Positions 18,330 to 28,126 of a stretch of 64,000 nt of DNA are shown in pieces; the first letter of the stretch is position 1, and each line of letters opens with the position of its first letter. Location of the stretch: positions 576,001 through 640,000 of the forward strand of contig OZ242220.1 in the NCBI GenBank assembly GCA_965206745.1, read 5' to 3'. The translations under genes and the position numbers were made by a program. Below the pieces are notes generated by a model, which did not search any database, was not told the origin of the DNA, and saw only the letters and a program-made list of their open reading frames with translations. The DNA comes from Nitrosopumilus sp. Lineage in GTDB: Archaea > Thermoproteota > Nitrososphaeria > Nitrososphaerales > Nitrosopumilaceae.

Positions 18330-20177
18330 TTGATGAGTATTATGAAATCCATGATCGTAGATTTTTCAATCAAAAGAGAGGTTTTTTTCATTATGTTAGG
18401 TTCCGTCTTGGGGGCATTTGTAATGTTTATTCCAAACTTTCTCTCAGACGCATTGACAAACTCTGAATTTTACATGTTTTGGATTATCGCTGCAAGAACC
18501 TTGGGTTCCAGTGATTATCTGGTAGGTATTTTTGTGCATTTTGGCGTGGCTACAATTATTGGTATAGTTGTAGGAGTCGTTCTTTACAAAACAAAGATGC
18601 TAAACATTTCAAAAATATCCAACGGGCTGTTGTTTGGAATTCTAGCTGGTGCTATAGTCACAATTGTTTTTACCATTCCCGTCCAGTATTTCTGGATTCA
18701 ACCGGTGATGGCTGACCTGAGCAACACCCCGACGCTAAATCTTATCTTCTCTGAGGAATTCCTGCTAAAATCATTTTTGACTCACTTTTTGTGGGGTGGA
18801 ACCCTTGGAGTCTTGGCATCTGTGTTAACTACAAAAAAGGGAATGAGGTACAGATGTCATAAATGTGATATCGAGTTCTCAAAACTCTCGACCTATGAGG
18901 AGCATTACTCACACATTCATGTCTCTGGCCATCCTGACACCCGAAAAATTGTAATCCTGGGTGGTGGATATGCAGGAGTCGGGGTGCTGGAACGAATCCA
19001 AAAAAGATTTGAAAAGGATGTTGATGTTGGTATTTCTATAATTTCAGAAAACAATTACTTTCTTCATACCCCGATGCTGCCAGAACTTTCGACTGGAACC
19101 ATCGAGCCTAGGCATATTGCCACCCCGATTCGTAATTTTTGCAAAAGGGCCAGGTTCTACCAAGCCAAGATCACAAATGTTGATCTGGAAAAAAAATTCA
19201 TCTCATTTGACACTACAAACGGGGCAAACCAGATCCCTTATGACTATCTGGTCATTGCAGCTGGAACAAAGACTGGATTCTTTGGCAATGAAAATTTGGA
19301 AAAATACTCAATCACGATAAAATCCCTACAGGATGCAAGCATAATTCGAAACCAGATCATCACACAACTAGAGTTAGCTGATCAGCAGGAAACCGCAAAT
19401 CAGGCACAATTCCTGTCATTTGTTATAGTTGGAGGTGGCTTTTCAGGAGTCGAGACTGCAGGGGAGATCAACGAGTTCATTAGGGAATCTGCAGAGAAAT
19501 ACTATCGAAATATCGAGTCTGATTCAATCCAGGTGTATCTGATTGCCGCCCGAGATCACATTCTGCCTGAAATTGGCTCCCTTGGAAAATATGCTGCAAA
19601 ATCACTGGAAAAGTCCGGTGTAAAGATACTTTACAATACCAAGGTTACTGATGCAAATCCGTCCGATGTTTCCCTGAGCGATGACTCTTCATTGCATTAT
19701 TCTGTGTTGATCTGGGCTGGTGGAAACCAATCCCAAAGTTTTGTCAAGTCCCTTGACACAGAGCATGATAAATCTGGCAGAATCCTAGTTGACCAGTATC
19801 TCAGACTGCCAAAGCATCCTGATGTGTTTGCCTTGGGTGACTGTGCATTTATCTTGGATCCTGCTGGCAAGCCGTATCCTCCGACTGCCCAGCACGCGAT
19901 AAGGGAGGCAAAAACTGTCTCCAAAAATCTGATATCGACTGTTCGTAACCGTCGGCAATTTTCCATCTTTGACTATTCCTCAAAAGGCTCCATGGCAAAG
20001 ATTGGCAAGCGTGATGGCGTTGCAAAAATGCTGGGAATTAACATGACTGGATTTGCAGCCTGGTTTGTATGGAAGCAGTACTATCTGTCGACACTTCCTG
20101 TCATGGAAAAACGTATCAGGGTGGGATTGGACTGGTTTGTGGATCTCTTCTTTACCCGGGATATAACAAAATTATAA
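18330..20177 (+). CDS. Type II NADH dehydrogenase (NDH-2) family oxidoreductase with N-terminal multi-TM domain and C2H2 zinc finger
   Basis: GGGYAG and GGGFSGVETAGE dinucleotide motifs, FALGDCA, PPTAQHA; ~4 TM helices; YRCHKCDIEFSKLSTYEEHYSHIH. Confidence 0.88.
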   Translation: MMSIMKSMIVDFSIKREVFFIMLGSVLGAFVMFIPNFLSDALTNSEFYMFWIIAARTLGSSDYLVGIFVHFGVATIIGIVVGVVLYKTKMLNISKISNGLLFGILAGAIVTIVFTIPVQYFWIQPVMADLSNTPTLNLIFSEEFLLKSFLTHFLWGGTLGVLASVLTTKKGMRYRCHKCDIEFSKLSTYEEHYSHIHVSGHPDTRKIVILGGGYAGVGVLERIQKRFEKDVDVGISIISENNYFLHTPMLPELSTGTIEPRHIATPIRNFCKRARFYQAKITNVDLEKKFISFDTTNGANQIPYDYLVIAAGTKTGFFGNENLEKYSITIKSLQDASIIRNQIITQLELADQQETANQAQFLSFVIVGGGFSGVETAGEINEFIRESAEKYYRNIESDSIQVYLIAARDHILPEIGSLGKYAAKSLEKSGVKILYNTKVTDANPSDVSLSDDSSLHYSVLIWAGGNQSQSFVKSLDTEHDKSGRILVDQYLRLPKHPDVFALGDCAFILDPAGKPYPPTAQHAIREAKTVSKNLISTVRNRRQFSIFDYSSKGSMAKIGKRDGVAKMLGINMTGFAAWFVWKQYYLSTLPVMEKRIRVGLDWFVDLFFTRDITKL

Positions 20178-20359
20178 GATCCATTCCAGTCTCTGGCAGG
20201 GATTGTCTCAAATGGAAGAAGGTTTGAATTGGAACAAGATCCATATTTCAGGTCGCCCTTAGATTACACAGAATCGATAACACTGCCATTTAAGAAGATT
20301 CCAAGTTATGACACTGCATAGTTTGATGATCCCTTGGGGATTTTAGGCTAAATTGTGTG

Positions 20360-20474
20360 TGCCGGGGGCGGGTTTCGAACTCGCGACCTCCAGATTATGA
20401 GTATTGCCTTAGTTGGAGAACCGTTAGAGTTTACCAATTCAACTGGCACTCTAACCAGGCTGAGCTACCCCGGC
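20360..20474 (-). tRNA. Elongator tRNA-Met(CAT) with 40-nt intron at position 30/31 (intron 20403-20442)
   Basis: GCCGGGG/CCCCGGC+A acceptor; removing the intron gives anticodon arm CCAGA-CTCATAA-TCTGG; BHB-like junction GAG-TGCC-AG^T ... GGCA-AT^A-CTC. Confidence 0.9.
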
Positions 20475-20511
20475 ATGATATACTGCCACAAATCTGGGAA
20501 ATTAAATGATT

Positions 20512-22179
20512 CTAATCTTGCTTTATGTCCTTCCAGAGGACCTTTTCATTTTTGACCCAAAGGAATTTTTTTTGCAATGCAGATGTGTATAGTTTCTCCC
20601 ACTCTACGCCGACCTCGTCAGTCCATGCCTTAAACACCCGCGGATCAATGTAATTTCTCAGGGACGTTCCAATGTTGTAGTCCTTGGTGTTTTCAGATAA
20701 TTTAAGCTGCAGTCGCAGCTTCTCCAGCTTCTCTTTGTGTCTTAATTTTTGATTTTCCATTCTTTGATTCAGCGTCCTGATCTTCTTTGTTTTATTCTTC
20801 TTTTGAGCCTCTGTCTTGGGCTCGCTTGCCTTTGCCTTTTTGAGGGCCTCCTGTGTCTTTTTCCAGGGCAGGTCCTTCTCAGCTTTACTCAAGGCGTCCC
20901 TCTTTTTTTGCAGTGACTGCTCAAACGTCTTGGGAATGGTTCTCTTGTGGTTGCACATCATGGCAGCCTCCAGGTTTGCCAATTTTGCATGGTGCAGTTT
21001 TGCAGCAGGCGTCTCTTCTTCCATGTTGTCATGTTCTACAAGATATTTTCTGACCTTCTCTGTTGCAAGGTATGTCCTGAACACCTTGGCTGTCAGTCCC
21101 TTTACTATGCTAGAATAATACACATTGACGTGTCTTGATGTGATGTTATCGAAGATCTCGTCTTTTGGTTTCTTTTTTTCTATCAGTCTTTTGAGATTTT
21201 TATGAAACTGCTCGTCGTGACCTTGAGCAACTACGGTCTCCTGCCATCTGACGCTGTCCTTGCCTAGAAAGTCAAACTCGATAGATTTGGCAGTAATCTT
21301 GATGTGCTCCTTTCTTAGGGTTGTAGCACCTACCGTGTCTGCCTCATCTGGATCCTTTTCGTCCCCTACCCTCATTGCAGTTCTGTAAATCAGATAGCAT
21401 GCAGTTGCAATCCTGCTGATCTTTGGATCATTGTCTTTCATGTCCTTGACAATCCTGTCTTTTATCTTGCCAATCTCCTTTGCAAGATTTACTGCCTTTT
21501 CGTATTTCTCCTTGTCTCTGTCCTGTTTTAGTCCTGCAGTATCAGCCAACCAGACGTATTTTCTTTTCTGCGTCAGAAAATCCACCCAGCTTGCCAGCCA
21601 CATCGAATCGTGTTCATGGGTAATCTTCCCCCAGTCACCTTCTGGTACCTTGGCTTTCTCCCCAAGGTTTAGTGTGACGTCCTTTGTAGTTACCGGTGGC
21701 TTCCACTTGCCTCTGAGTGGATGTTCCCCACGTCCGATGAATATGCCTGGGGGTTCGGCCATGTAGTTTCCAACCTCTACATTTTTTCCGTCAATAATGG
21801 CAACCCCGAATTTTTTTTTTAGCCCTTCTCGTGTCTCCTTTCTTTCCTTGGCAAGTGCCTTTCTCTCCTCCTTGGTCATTATCAGCTTGCGATCCTTTTC
21901 CTGGTCGACTATTTTGTAGGCATTTGAAAAATCAATATCCTCATATGATATCCTTTTAAATTCTGAATCCAGAGTTTTTGCAAAATCCGCTGTAAAATTC
22001 TTCTGAAAGACCTTGTCCTGTGCGTATGGTGTATCCTTCTTTTTGGCCCATTGGTATGCCATCTCTTCTTGTGCCAGATCAAGGGATACGTCCTCTCCTT
22101 TGATCCTTATCTTGATATCCCTGCCCTGATATGGCTTGGGAAACAAGATTCCATTGTGTTGTAGAGTTTTCCATTTCAT
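20512..22179 (-). CDS. DNA topoisomerase IB (eukaryote-like)
   Basis: MKWKTLQHNG, EPPGIFIGRGEHP, AMRVGDEKD, FLGKDS, AKVFRTY, CNHKR, TSLRNYIDPR (catalytic Tyr). Confidence 0.96.
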   Translation of the reverse strand: MKWKTLQHNGILFPKPYQGRDIKIRIKGEDVSLDLAQEEMAYQWAKKKDTPYAQDKVFQKNFTADFAKTLDSEFKRISYEDIDFSNAYKIVDQEKDRKLIMTKEERKALAKERKETREGLKKKFGVAIIDGKNVEVGNYMAEPPGIFIGRGEHPLRGKWKPPVTTKDVTLNLGEKAKVPEGDWGKITHEHDSMWLASWVDFLTQKRKYVWLADTAGLKQDRDKEKYEKAVNLAKEIGKIKDRIVKDMKDNDPKISRIATACYLIYRTAMRVGDEKDPDEADTVGATTLRKEHIKITAKSIEFDFLGKDSVRWQETVVAQGHDEQFHKNLKRLIEKKKPKDEIFDNITSRHVNVYYSSIVKGLTAKVFRTYLATEKVRKYLVEHDNMEEETPAAKLHHAKLANLEAAMMCNHKRTIPKTFEQSLQKKRDALSKAEKDLPWKKTQEALKKAKASEPKTEAQKKNKTKKIRTLNQRMENQKLRHKEKLEKLRLQLKLSENTKDYNIGTSLRNYIDPRVFKAWTDEVGVEWEKLYTSALQKKFLWVKNEKVLWKDIKQD

Positions 22180-22252
22180 TTTATTTCAAAATTGTAGACT
22201 TTGATAAAATATCATTCTGTCTGTATATCAATTTAACGTAATGCCGCCCCAT

Positions 22253-23080
22253 CTAGGGAAACAACTCTTTACTCATGTATCTTTCAAATTCCATGTCCGT
22301 TTTCATCTTTTTTGCCTCCATGAACATGGCAGCATCTGTGCCTACGATATACCTTGGTAGCATCTGATCATCATGAATTGCCTTGATGACAGTATCTGCA
22401 ACCTGGGACGGCGCTGTCCCCATCTCGACCATCATCTTTAGGCCCGCCAAGATATGGTCAGTCATTGTCTTGTATTTTGGGTCCGTCTTTGATTCTGGAA
22501 CTTTCATGGATTCAAAAAAGTTGGTTTTGACAACCCCTGGCTCAATCATTGTGGTTTTAATTCCAAACTGGCCAAGCTCATACCTCAGACACTCGCCTAG
22601 TCCCTCTAGTGCAAACTTTGAACTGATATATGCCGGGGAGCCTGGCAATCCCATTCGCCCTCCAACTGAGCTGATATTGATGATGTTTCCCGAACTCTGC
22701 CCCCTCATTATTGGGGCGACCTCTTGGATGATTCTTACAATGCTGAAAAAATTCGTCTCAAACTGTCTTCTAAAATCATCTACTGTCAGGTCCTCTGTAC
22801 ATCCGAACTGTCCGTATCCTGCATTGTTTACTAGTACGTCCAACCTTTGGCCACTTGCAACGACCTTTTTGACTGCTGATACGATTGATTCCTCCTTGTC
22901 AACGTCCAGCTCGATTACCTCTATTGGAAGGCTCTCTTTCTTTGCGGCATGCTCTAGTTCTTTTGCCTTTTCGAGATTCCTCATGCTGGCAAACGTGCGG
23001 TATCCGTCCCTTGCCAATGACAAGGCAGTCTCCAGCCCTATCCCGGACGAGCTGCCAGTAACTAGGGCTACTTTTTCCAT
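22253..23080 (-). CDS. Short-chain dehydrogenase/reductase
   Basis: TGSSSGIG, NNAG, YISSK. Confidence 0.93.
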   Translation of the reverse strand: MEKVALVTGSSSGIGLETALSLARDGYRTFASMRNLEKAKELEHAAKKESLPIEVIELDVDKEESIVSAVKKVVASGQRLDVLVNNAGYGQFGCTEDLTVDDFRRQFETNFFSIVRIIQEVAPIMRGQSSGNIINISSVGGRMGLPGSPAYISSKFALEGLGECLRYELGQFGIKTTMIEPGVVKTNFFESMKVPESKTDPKYKTMTDHILAGLKMMVEMGTAPSQVADTVIKAIHDDQMLPRYIVGTDAAMFMEAKKMKTDMEFERYMSKELFP

Positions 23081-23123
23081 ACTGAATCCTTGATTCTTGT
23101 TATATTTATCCCATTTTGATTAC

Positions 23124-25634
23124 TCACACCAGTGGCCTGTCCCCCTCGACGGGTTCTGTCAGATCTGTCTTCTCACCTGCGTTAATCCTCTCCAGAATCT
23201 CCAGCGCAGAGTGCTTGTGCAGGTACTCGTTATTGTTGCCACATCTGTATGAGAATGTGCATCTTGGACATCCAGACTCGTTTTTGCACGGGCATTCCTT
23301 TACAATAGACATGCTCCGCTCCAATGCCTTCTCAAATCTGTCGTAGAGTGCCTTGCTTGCACCACTGCCTCCAATTGCCCCGTCATAGATGAAGATCAGG
23401 CCCGAGGTACCCATAGATATGCCTCCCAAATCCTGGGACACCCCGCCTGTTATCATGTTGCTTCCCTCAATTACCACGTGCTCAGTTGCATGATACCCGC
23501 TGGCCTCTGTATACTCTTTATCCTCTGACTCTTCAATCATCTTGAGTGGCCTTGGCGCATGAAATACGATTCCCTTGGTTACAAAATCATATTCTAACGG
23601 CATGTCCAGCTCTATCTTCTCTCCCTGGGTGATCTCCTGGCCCAACTCGATGTTGACATAGCCGTACACCTTTTTCTCAATGTGCAGTTTGCAAAATGCC
23701 ACCTCCACGCCATTTGCATTCCTTCTCTCAAAGACTGTCTTGATGGTCGGCCATTCCTCTGTCAGTGACTTTGTATAGTATGGATAGTCCCTTGGAATCC
23801 TCTCTAGTCTTGCATAGTTTTTCTCCGGATAGTCAAACTCCCCTACCTTGTAGCGCATACCTGCCAGAAAATAGATTGCGTCCTTGTGCAACTCCTCCAG
23901 TGCAATCGGCAATACCCTGTCCCCGACCTTTTTCCCATCAAGGAAGATGTCTACTGACTTTCCAATTCCCCTTATGCTGTATTCGCTTAGCATCGAACTG
24001 ATCTTATCCAAATTTGGAATTATCCTGTTGTTGAACTCCTTTAGGTTTTCTTTGATGATGTGGTGTCTGATTACCTCTTGATGCTCCTTTAGCTCGTGTC
24101 TTGATATTGGCCTGTCGCATGCCATGGCCAGCACTTGAAATTCCTCCACAAAGGGATTCTTGGGATCGATGTATGTCTTTTCAATGTCCTCAAAATAATC
24201 ATCAGGATGATTCTTGTAATACTGTGATATGGGGTCATTTCCTAATGCCAAAAATGCATATCCTCTCTGACCCTTTCTTGCTGCCCTTCCTATCCTTTGA
24301 ATCAGCCTGTTGACTGGAATGGTAGATGATATGACACAGTCGACATTGCCCACATCTATGCCTAATTCGAGTGTCGGGGTGCATGAAATTGCCTGCAGTC
24401 TGTCCTCCTTGAACTGCCTCTCAACTGACGTCCTATAGTTTGCCATCAGGCCTGCCCTGTGAACCTTGATGTTGACTTTTTGTCTTTTTGCCTGCATTGC
24501 CAGCAGCTCTGAGTTCAGATGTGAATTATTGAAGACCATCGTCTTGTGGTTTTTTTGGGTCAGTTTCTTTGTCAATTCGACCATCAAGGCCCTCTGCGTC
24601 CGCAGCGACGGGAACAACATTGCAAAGTCCGTCTGCCCCCTTTTGCCCGAACCCTGAATTTTTTGCATCTCCTCCCCAAACAACTTTTGACAGAACTCCT
24701 TTGCATCATCAAGCGTGGCAGATGCTGCCACAAACTGTATCTTGTTGGTGCAGATTCTCTTGAGTCTTTTTATGATATAGTGCACGTTTGATCCAAAGAT
24801 TCCGGAATACACATGGGCCTCATCTGCAACAAGAATCCTAGTTGATGATAACAATGAGGAGAATCTGGTCTGATGCCACATGTGATAGTGCAGTACGTCA
24901 AAATTGGTAATTAGAATCTGAGGCGGATTATCAATTATCCTCCTCCTCTCATCTGGCTTTGTATCCCCGTCAAAGACACTTGCCCTTGCATCCACCTTTT
25001 CTGCAAATTTTTGAATCTTGGGGTACTGATCACGTGCCAGTGCTTTTGTCGGATATACGAAAATTGCAAAGACATTGCCCTCACTTGCATCCTTCTTTAT
25101 TCTCTGAATTACCGGAATCAAAAATGCCTCTGTCTTTCCAGATGCAGTGGGTGCCTCAATTACGACATTTTGCCCAAATGAAATCTCTTCAATTGACTCT
25201 TCTTGAAATTTGTAAAACTGCTCTATTTCTAGTTCCTTGAGATGCTCAGTTATGGACTCGTGCAACCCCATCTCCTGGACCTTGCAGCCCATCTTGGGCT
25301 CAGGATTGCTCAAAACTCTGTATTGTGAGATATAGTCTTTTTTTGAAAACAGGATCTCCTCTGTAATCTTATCTGGTTTGTTGTTCCCAATCATCTTCTT
25401 GATCTCATCTTCCCCTCTGATAATCCCCTCATCCTTGAGCCCATCAGACAGCCCGTCCTTAGTTACAAGCCCCTTGTCAAATCTTGAGAGAAATTCTAGA
25501 AATACCTCGTCCCTATTCTTTGAGAACTCCAGCAGGTCCTCAATACCGCATCCTACACAAGAGACGTGCATTTTTTTGTTGAATGTCTTTTGAATCTCCA
25601 CCTTTGACTTGCATTTTGGGCATGAGAACTTCAA
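23124..25634 (-). CDS. DEAD/DEAH-box helicase with C-terminal DUF1998 Zn domain (Hrq1/MrfA-like)
   Basis: APTASGKT, DEAH, SAT, QRIGRAAR, DGAIGGSG...CPC...GCPRC. Confidence 0.92.
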   Translation of the reverse strand: MKFSCPKCKSKVEIQKTFNKKMHVSCVGCGIEDLLEFSKNRDEVFLEFLSRFDKGLVTKDGLSDGLKDEGIIRGEDEIKKMIGNNKPDKITEEILFSKKDYISQYRVLSNPEPKMGCKVQEMGLHESITEHLKELEIEQFYKFQEESIEEISFGQNVVIEAPTASGKTEAFLIPVIQRIKKDASEGNVFAIFVYPTKALARDQYPKIQKFAEKVDARASVFDGDTKPDERRRIIDNPPQILITNFDVLHYHMWHQTRFSSLLSSTRILVADEAHVYSGIFGSNVHYIIKRLKRICTNKIQFVAASATLDDAKEFCQKLFGEEMQKIQGSGKRGQTDFAMLFPSLRTQRALMVELTKKLTQKNHKTMVFNNSHLNSELLAMQAKRQKVNIKVHRAGLMANYRTSVERQFKEDRLQAISCTPTLELGIDVGNVDCVISSTIPVNRLIQRIGRAARKGQRGYAFLALGNDPISQYYKNHPDDYFEDIEKTYIDPKNPFVEEFQVLAMACDRPISRHELKEHQEVIRHHIIKENLKEFNNRIIPNLDKISSMLSEYSIRGIGKSVDIFLDGKKVGDRVLPIALEELHKDAIYFLAGMRYKVGEFDYPEKNYARLERIPRDYPYYTKSLTEEWPTIKTVFERRNANGVEVAFCKLHIEKKVYGYVNIELGQEITQGEKIELDMPLEYDFVTKGIVFHAPRPLKMIEESEDKEYTEASGYHATEHVVIEGSNMITGGVSQDLGGISMGTSGLIFIYDGAIGGSGASKALYDRFEKALERSMSIVKECPCKNESGCPRCTFSYRCGNNNEYLHKHSALEILERINAGEKTDLTEPVEGDRPLV

Positions 25635-25787
25635 GATCTACTTGGTAAGGGATGATTCATGATTTATTGTTTGATAGTTGCTGCAAAGCCTGTCTTGTAC
25701 AAAAAACATCACATGCCCAAGACAGATCGCATCTTGGGAATGACTCCCACATGACATTATTAAGCTAGAGAAGTCTTGAGTTTAAAA

Positions 25788-26565
25788 ATGGAAAAAATAG
25801 AAATTAACAAAATTTACAATCAGAACTGTATTGAAGGGATGGCCTCAATCCCCCAAGGACAAGGTTGATCTCGTCATCACTGATCCTCCCTTTGCGATAA
25901 ACTTCAAGGCAAAAAAGGCAAACTATAACAGGATCTCCTCTAGGGTGCTATCAGGCTATAACGAGATAAAGCCCGAGGACTATTATGATTTTACATCTGC
26001 ATGGATGGGTGAGGTTTTTAGAATCTTGAAGGACTCTGGGAGTATGTATGTTTTTTCAGGATGGAACAATCTCAAGGATATCCTGCGTGCCCTAGACGAT
26101 GTCGGATTTACAACCATAAACCACGTGATTTGGAAGTATCAGTTTGGCGTGGTCACCAAAAGAAAATTTGTCACTTCCCACTATCACTGCATCTATGTCT
26201 GCAAGGATGACAAGAAGCGAAAATTCTTCCCCTTCTCCAGGTTTGAAAAGGACGAGAAGACAAAAGATGGGCGCAGTCTTCATTACAGAGACAAGGAGGA
26301 TGTCTGGTATATCAAAAGAGAGTATTGGTCAGGAGACGAAAAGACCCCGACCAAACTTCCATCGGAGATAATTGAAAAAATACTGGCATACTCTAGTGAA
26401 GAAGATGATCTGGTCTTTGATCCGTTCCTTGGTTCTGGCCAGGTTGCAGTAGTTGGCAAATCCCTAAAACGAAAGTTTTTGGGTTTTGAGATAGTTCCAA
26501 ATTATTACAAATTTGCCAAAAAGCGACTAGACACTAACACGTATAGGATCAAAAAATCGAAATGA
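25788..26565 (+). pseudogene. Orphan N4/N6 DNA methyltransferase (beta class), frameshifted at a C5 tract
   Basis: ATG at 25788 gives MEKIEINKIYNQNCIEGMASIP; an extra C at 25850-25854 leads to TGA at 25866; the +1 frame continues KDKVDLVITDPPF...DPFLGSG. Confidence 0.8.
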
Positions 26566-26566
26566 T

Positions 26567-26911
26567 TTATTTCTCATCAGGCCTGTCTGCCCTCTTTTGA
26601 CCCATCTTTGATGCAATGCCCTCCCTTAACTGCTCGTCTGTTCTTCCCTCCACCTTTACTCCGGCTGACTTTGCAATCGTCTCTAGTTTCTCACGTTCTG
26701 TCTGAACCGGCCCTGAGATCTTGGGAACCTCATCATTCATCTCCTTTATCTGCTCCTGAATCTCATCCTTGGCCTTGTTGTACTCGCCGACTATCTTTCC
26801 CATCTTTTTGGCAGCACCTGGAAGCTTGCCTGTGCCCAAAATCAGTACTAGTGCGACAAAAATAATTATCATCCATTCACTTCCGCCGATGTTTAGCGCA
26901 CCCTCAAGCAT
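26567..26911 (-). CDS. tatA: Twin-arginine translocase TatA/TatB family subunit
   Basis: IGGSEWMIIIFVALVLILGTGKLPGAAKKMGK. Confidence 0.85.
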   Translation of the reverse strand: MLEGALNIGGSEWMIIIFVALVLILGTGKLPGAAKKMGKIVGEYNKAKDEIQEQIKEMNDEVPKISGPVQTEREKLETIAKSAGVKVEGRTDEQLREGIASKMGQKRADRPDEK

Positions 26912-26971
26912 GCCTTGATATTCTTTAAATTGAAATTAAACGTAATGTTTGAAATTCATGCCTGAATGACC

Positions 26972-28126
26972 CTATCCCTGAATCCTTTGTGGCTCCAGTC
27001 TCTTTCTGGCATTTATGGCAAACAGTGTCACGCCTATTCCAATCACACAAAGTATCACATATGGTGACTGATCTCCAAATGACTGTGTGATTGGGCCCCC
27101 GATGGTCGGCCCAATTGCCCATCCCATGCCAAAGACTGTCTCATATGCCCCGATAATTTTGCCTGAAATCCTTTTCTGAGTCTTGCTCAAAATTACCTCC
27201 AAGGTCAGCGGGAAGAATATGCTAAATCCGAACCCCATCAGAACAAGCGCTATGCCAAAAGTAATGATCGAGTCTGCCACCACTGAAATTGCCAATCCTG
27301 CTGTCACTGCGATGGTTCCAGCAATCAGAGTCTGGCTTGTCCTTCTTGCAAATTTCCCTGCCAGTGCAAGGAACACGACCCGTGATACCCCAAAGACAAA
27401 GTACAGCAACAAGATATCCGGAGCTGATATCCCGCTGTCATTGAGAAATGCTGGATAAATCGTGAGTATTATCCCAAAAGATGACGTGCAGAAGATTAGC
27501 AGGATTATGATCTCTGGGAACCTCCTCATCTCCCTTATTGACGAGATTGAAAAGTGCTCATGGTGTATTCTTTTGTTTTTTCTTGATGTTAAAATTGCAG
27601 AAATTATGGCAGATGCAAGAACAAAGGCCGCAATTTGGAACAGGATCCTATATGTCACATCCATGTCCTCTAGCAGTACGGTGCCAAGCAACGGTCCTAC
27701 CATGAAGCCGATTACAAAAAACATTGCAAACCACGAGATATGCTTTACCCTGTCTTTTTCAGAACTCTCATTTGAAATAATTGCCTGACATGGGGGCCAG
27801 AAAAATGCATGTGCGACACCTGTTATAATCCTGAATCCCATAATCTCTGGAACCGATTGCGCAATTGACAGGAGATACACTGATGCAGAATTCATTGCAA
27901 CACCCACTGCAAGCAGGTATCCGTTGTTGATTCTATCAAGAAGGATTCCGACAAAAAGCGGGATGAACATGTATGGGATGAAATTTGCCAGTCCAATCAG
28001 TCCCAACTCAGAGTACGTTGCACCGATGAGATTCTTTGCAAAGACTGGCAGAATCGGACCGTGTAATCCATATGAGATGCCGATGATCAAGCCGGTGATG
28101 TTGACTAGTATGATGATTCTATTCAT
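26972..28126 (-). CDS. MFS transporter
   Basis: ~12 TM helices; GILLDRIN motif-A-like loop. Confidence 0.9.
   Translation of the reverse strand: MNRIIILVNITGLIIGISYGLHGPILPVFAKNLIGATYSELGLIGLANFIPYMFIPLFVGILLDRINNGYLLAVGVAMNSASVYLLSIAQSVPEIMGFRIITGVAHAFFWPPCQAIISNESSEKDRVKHISWFAMFFVIGFMVGPLLGTVLLEDMDVTYRILFQIAAFVLASAIISAILTSRKNKRIHHEHFSISSIREMRRFPEIIILLIFCTSSFGIILTIYPAFLNDSGISAPDILLLYFVFGVSRVVFLALAGKFARRTSQTLIAGTIAVTAGLAISVVADSIITFGIALVLMGFGFSIFFPLTLEVILSKTQKRISGKIIGAYETVFGMGWAIGPTIGGPITQSFGDQSPYVILCVIGIGVTLFAINARKRLEPQRIQG

Noticed and set aside
16066-20360. tRNA-Met-integrated element
   Set aside because: Accessory-looking genes lie next to the tRNA 3' end, but I found no duplicated att sequence or integrase
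22383-23093. 236-aa ORF antisense to the SDR gene
   Set aside because: Long antisense ORFs are common opposite SDR genes; no recognisable motifs
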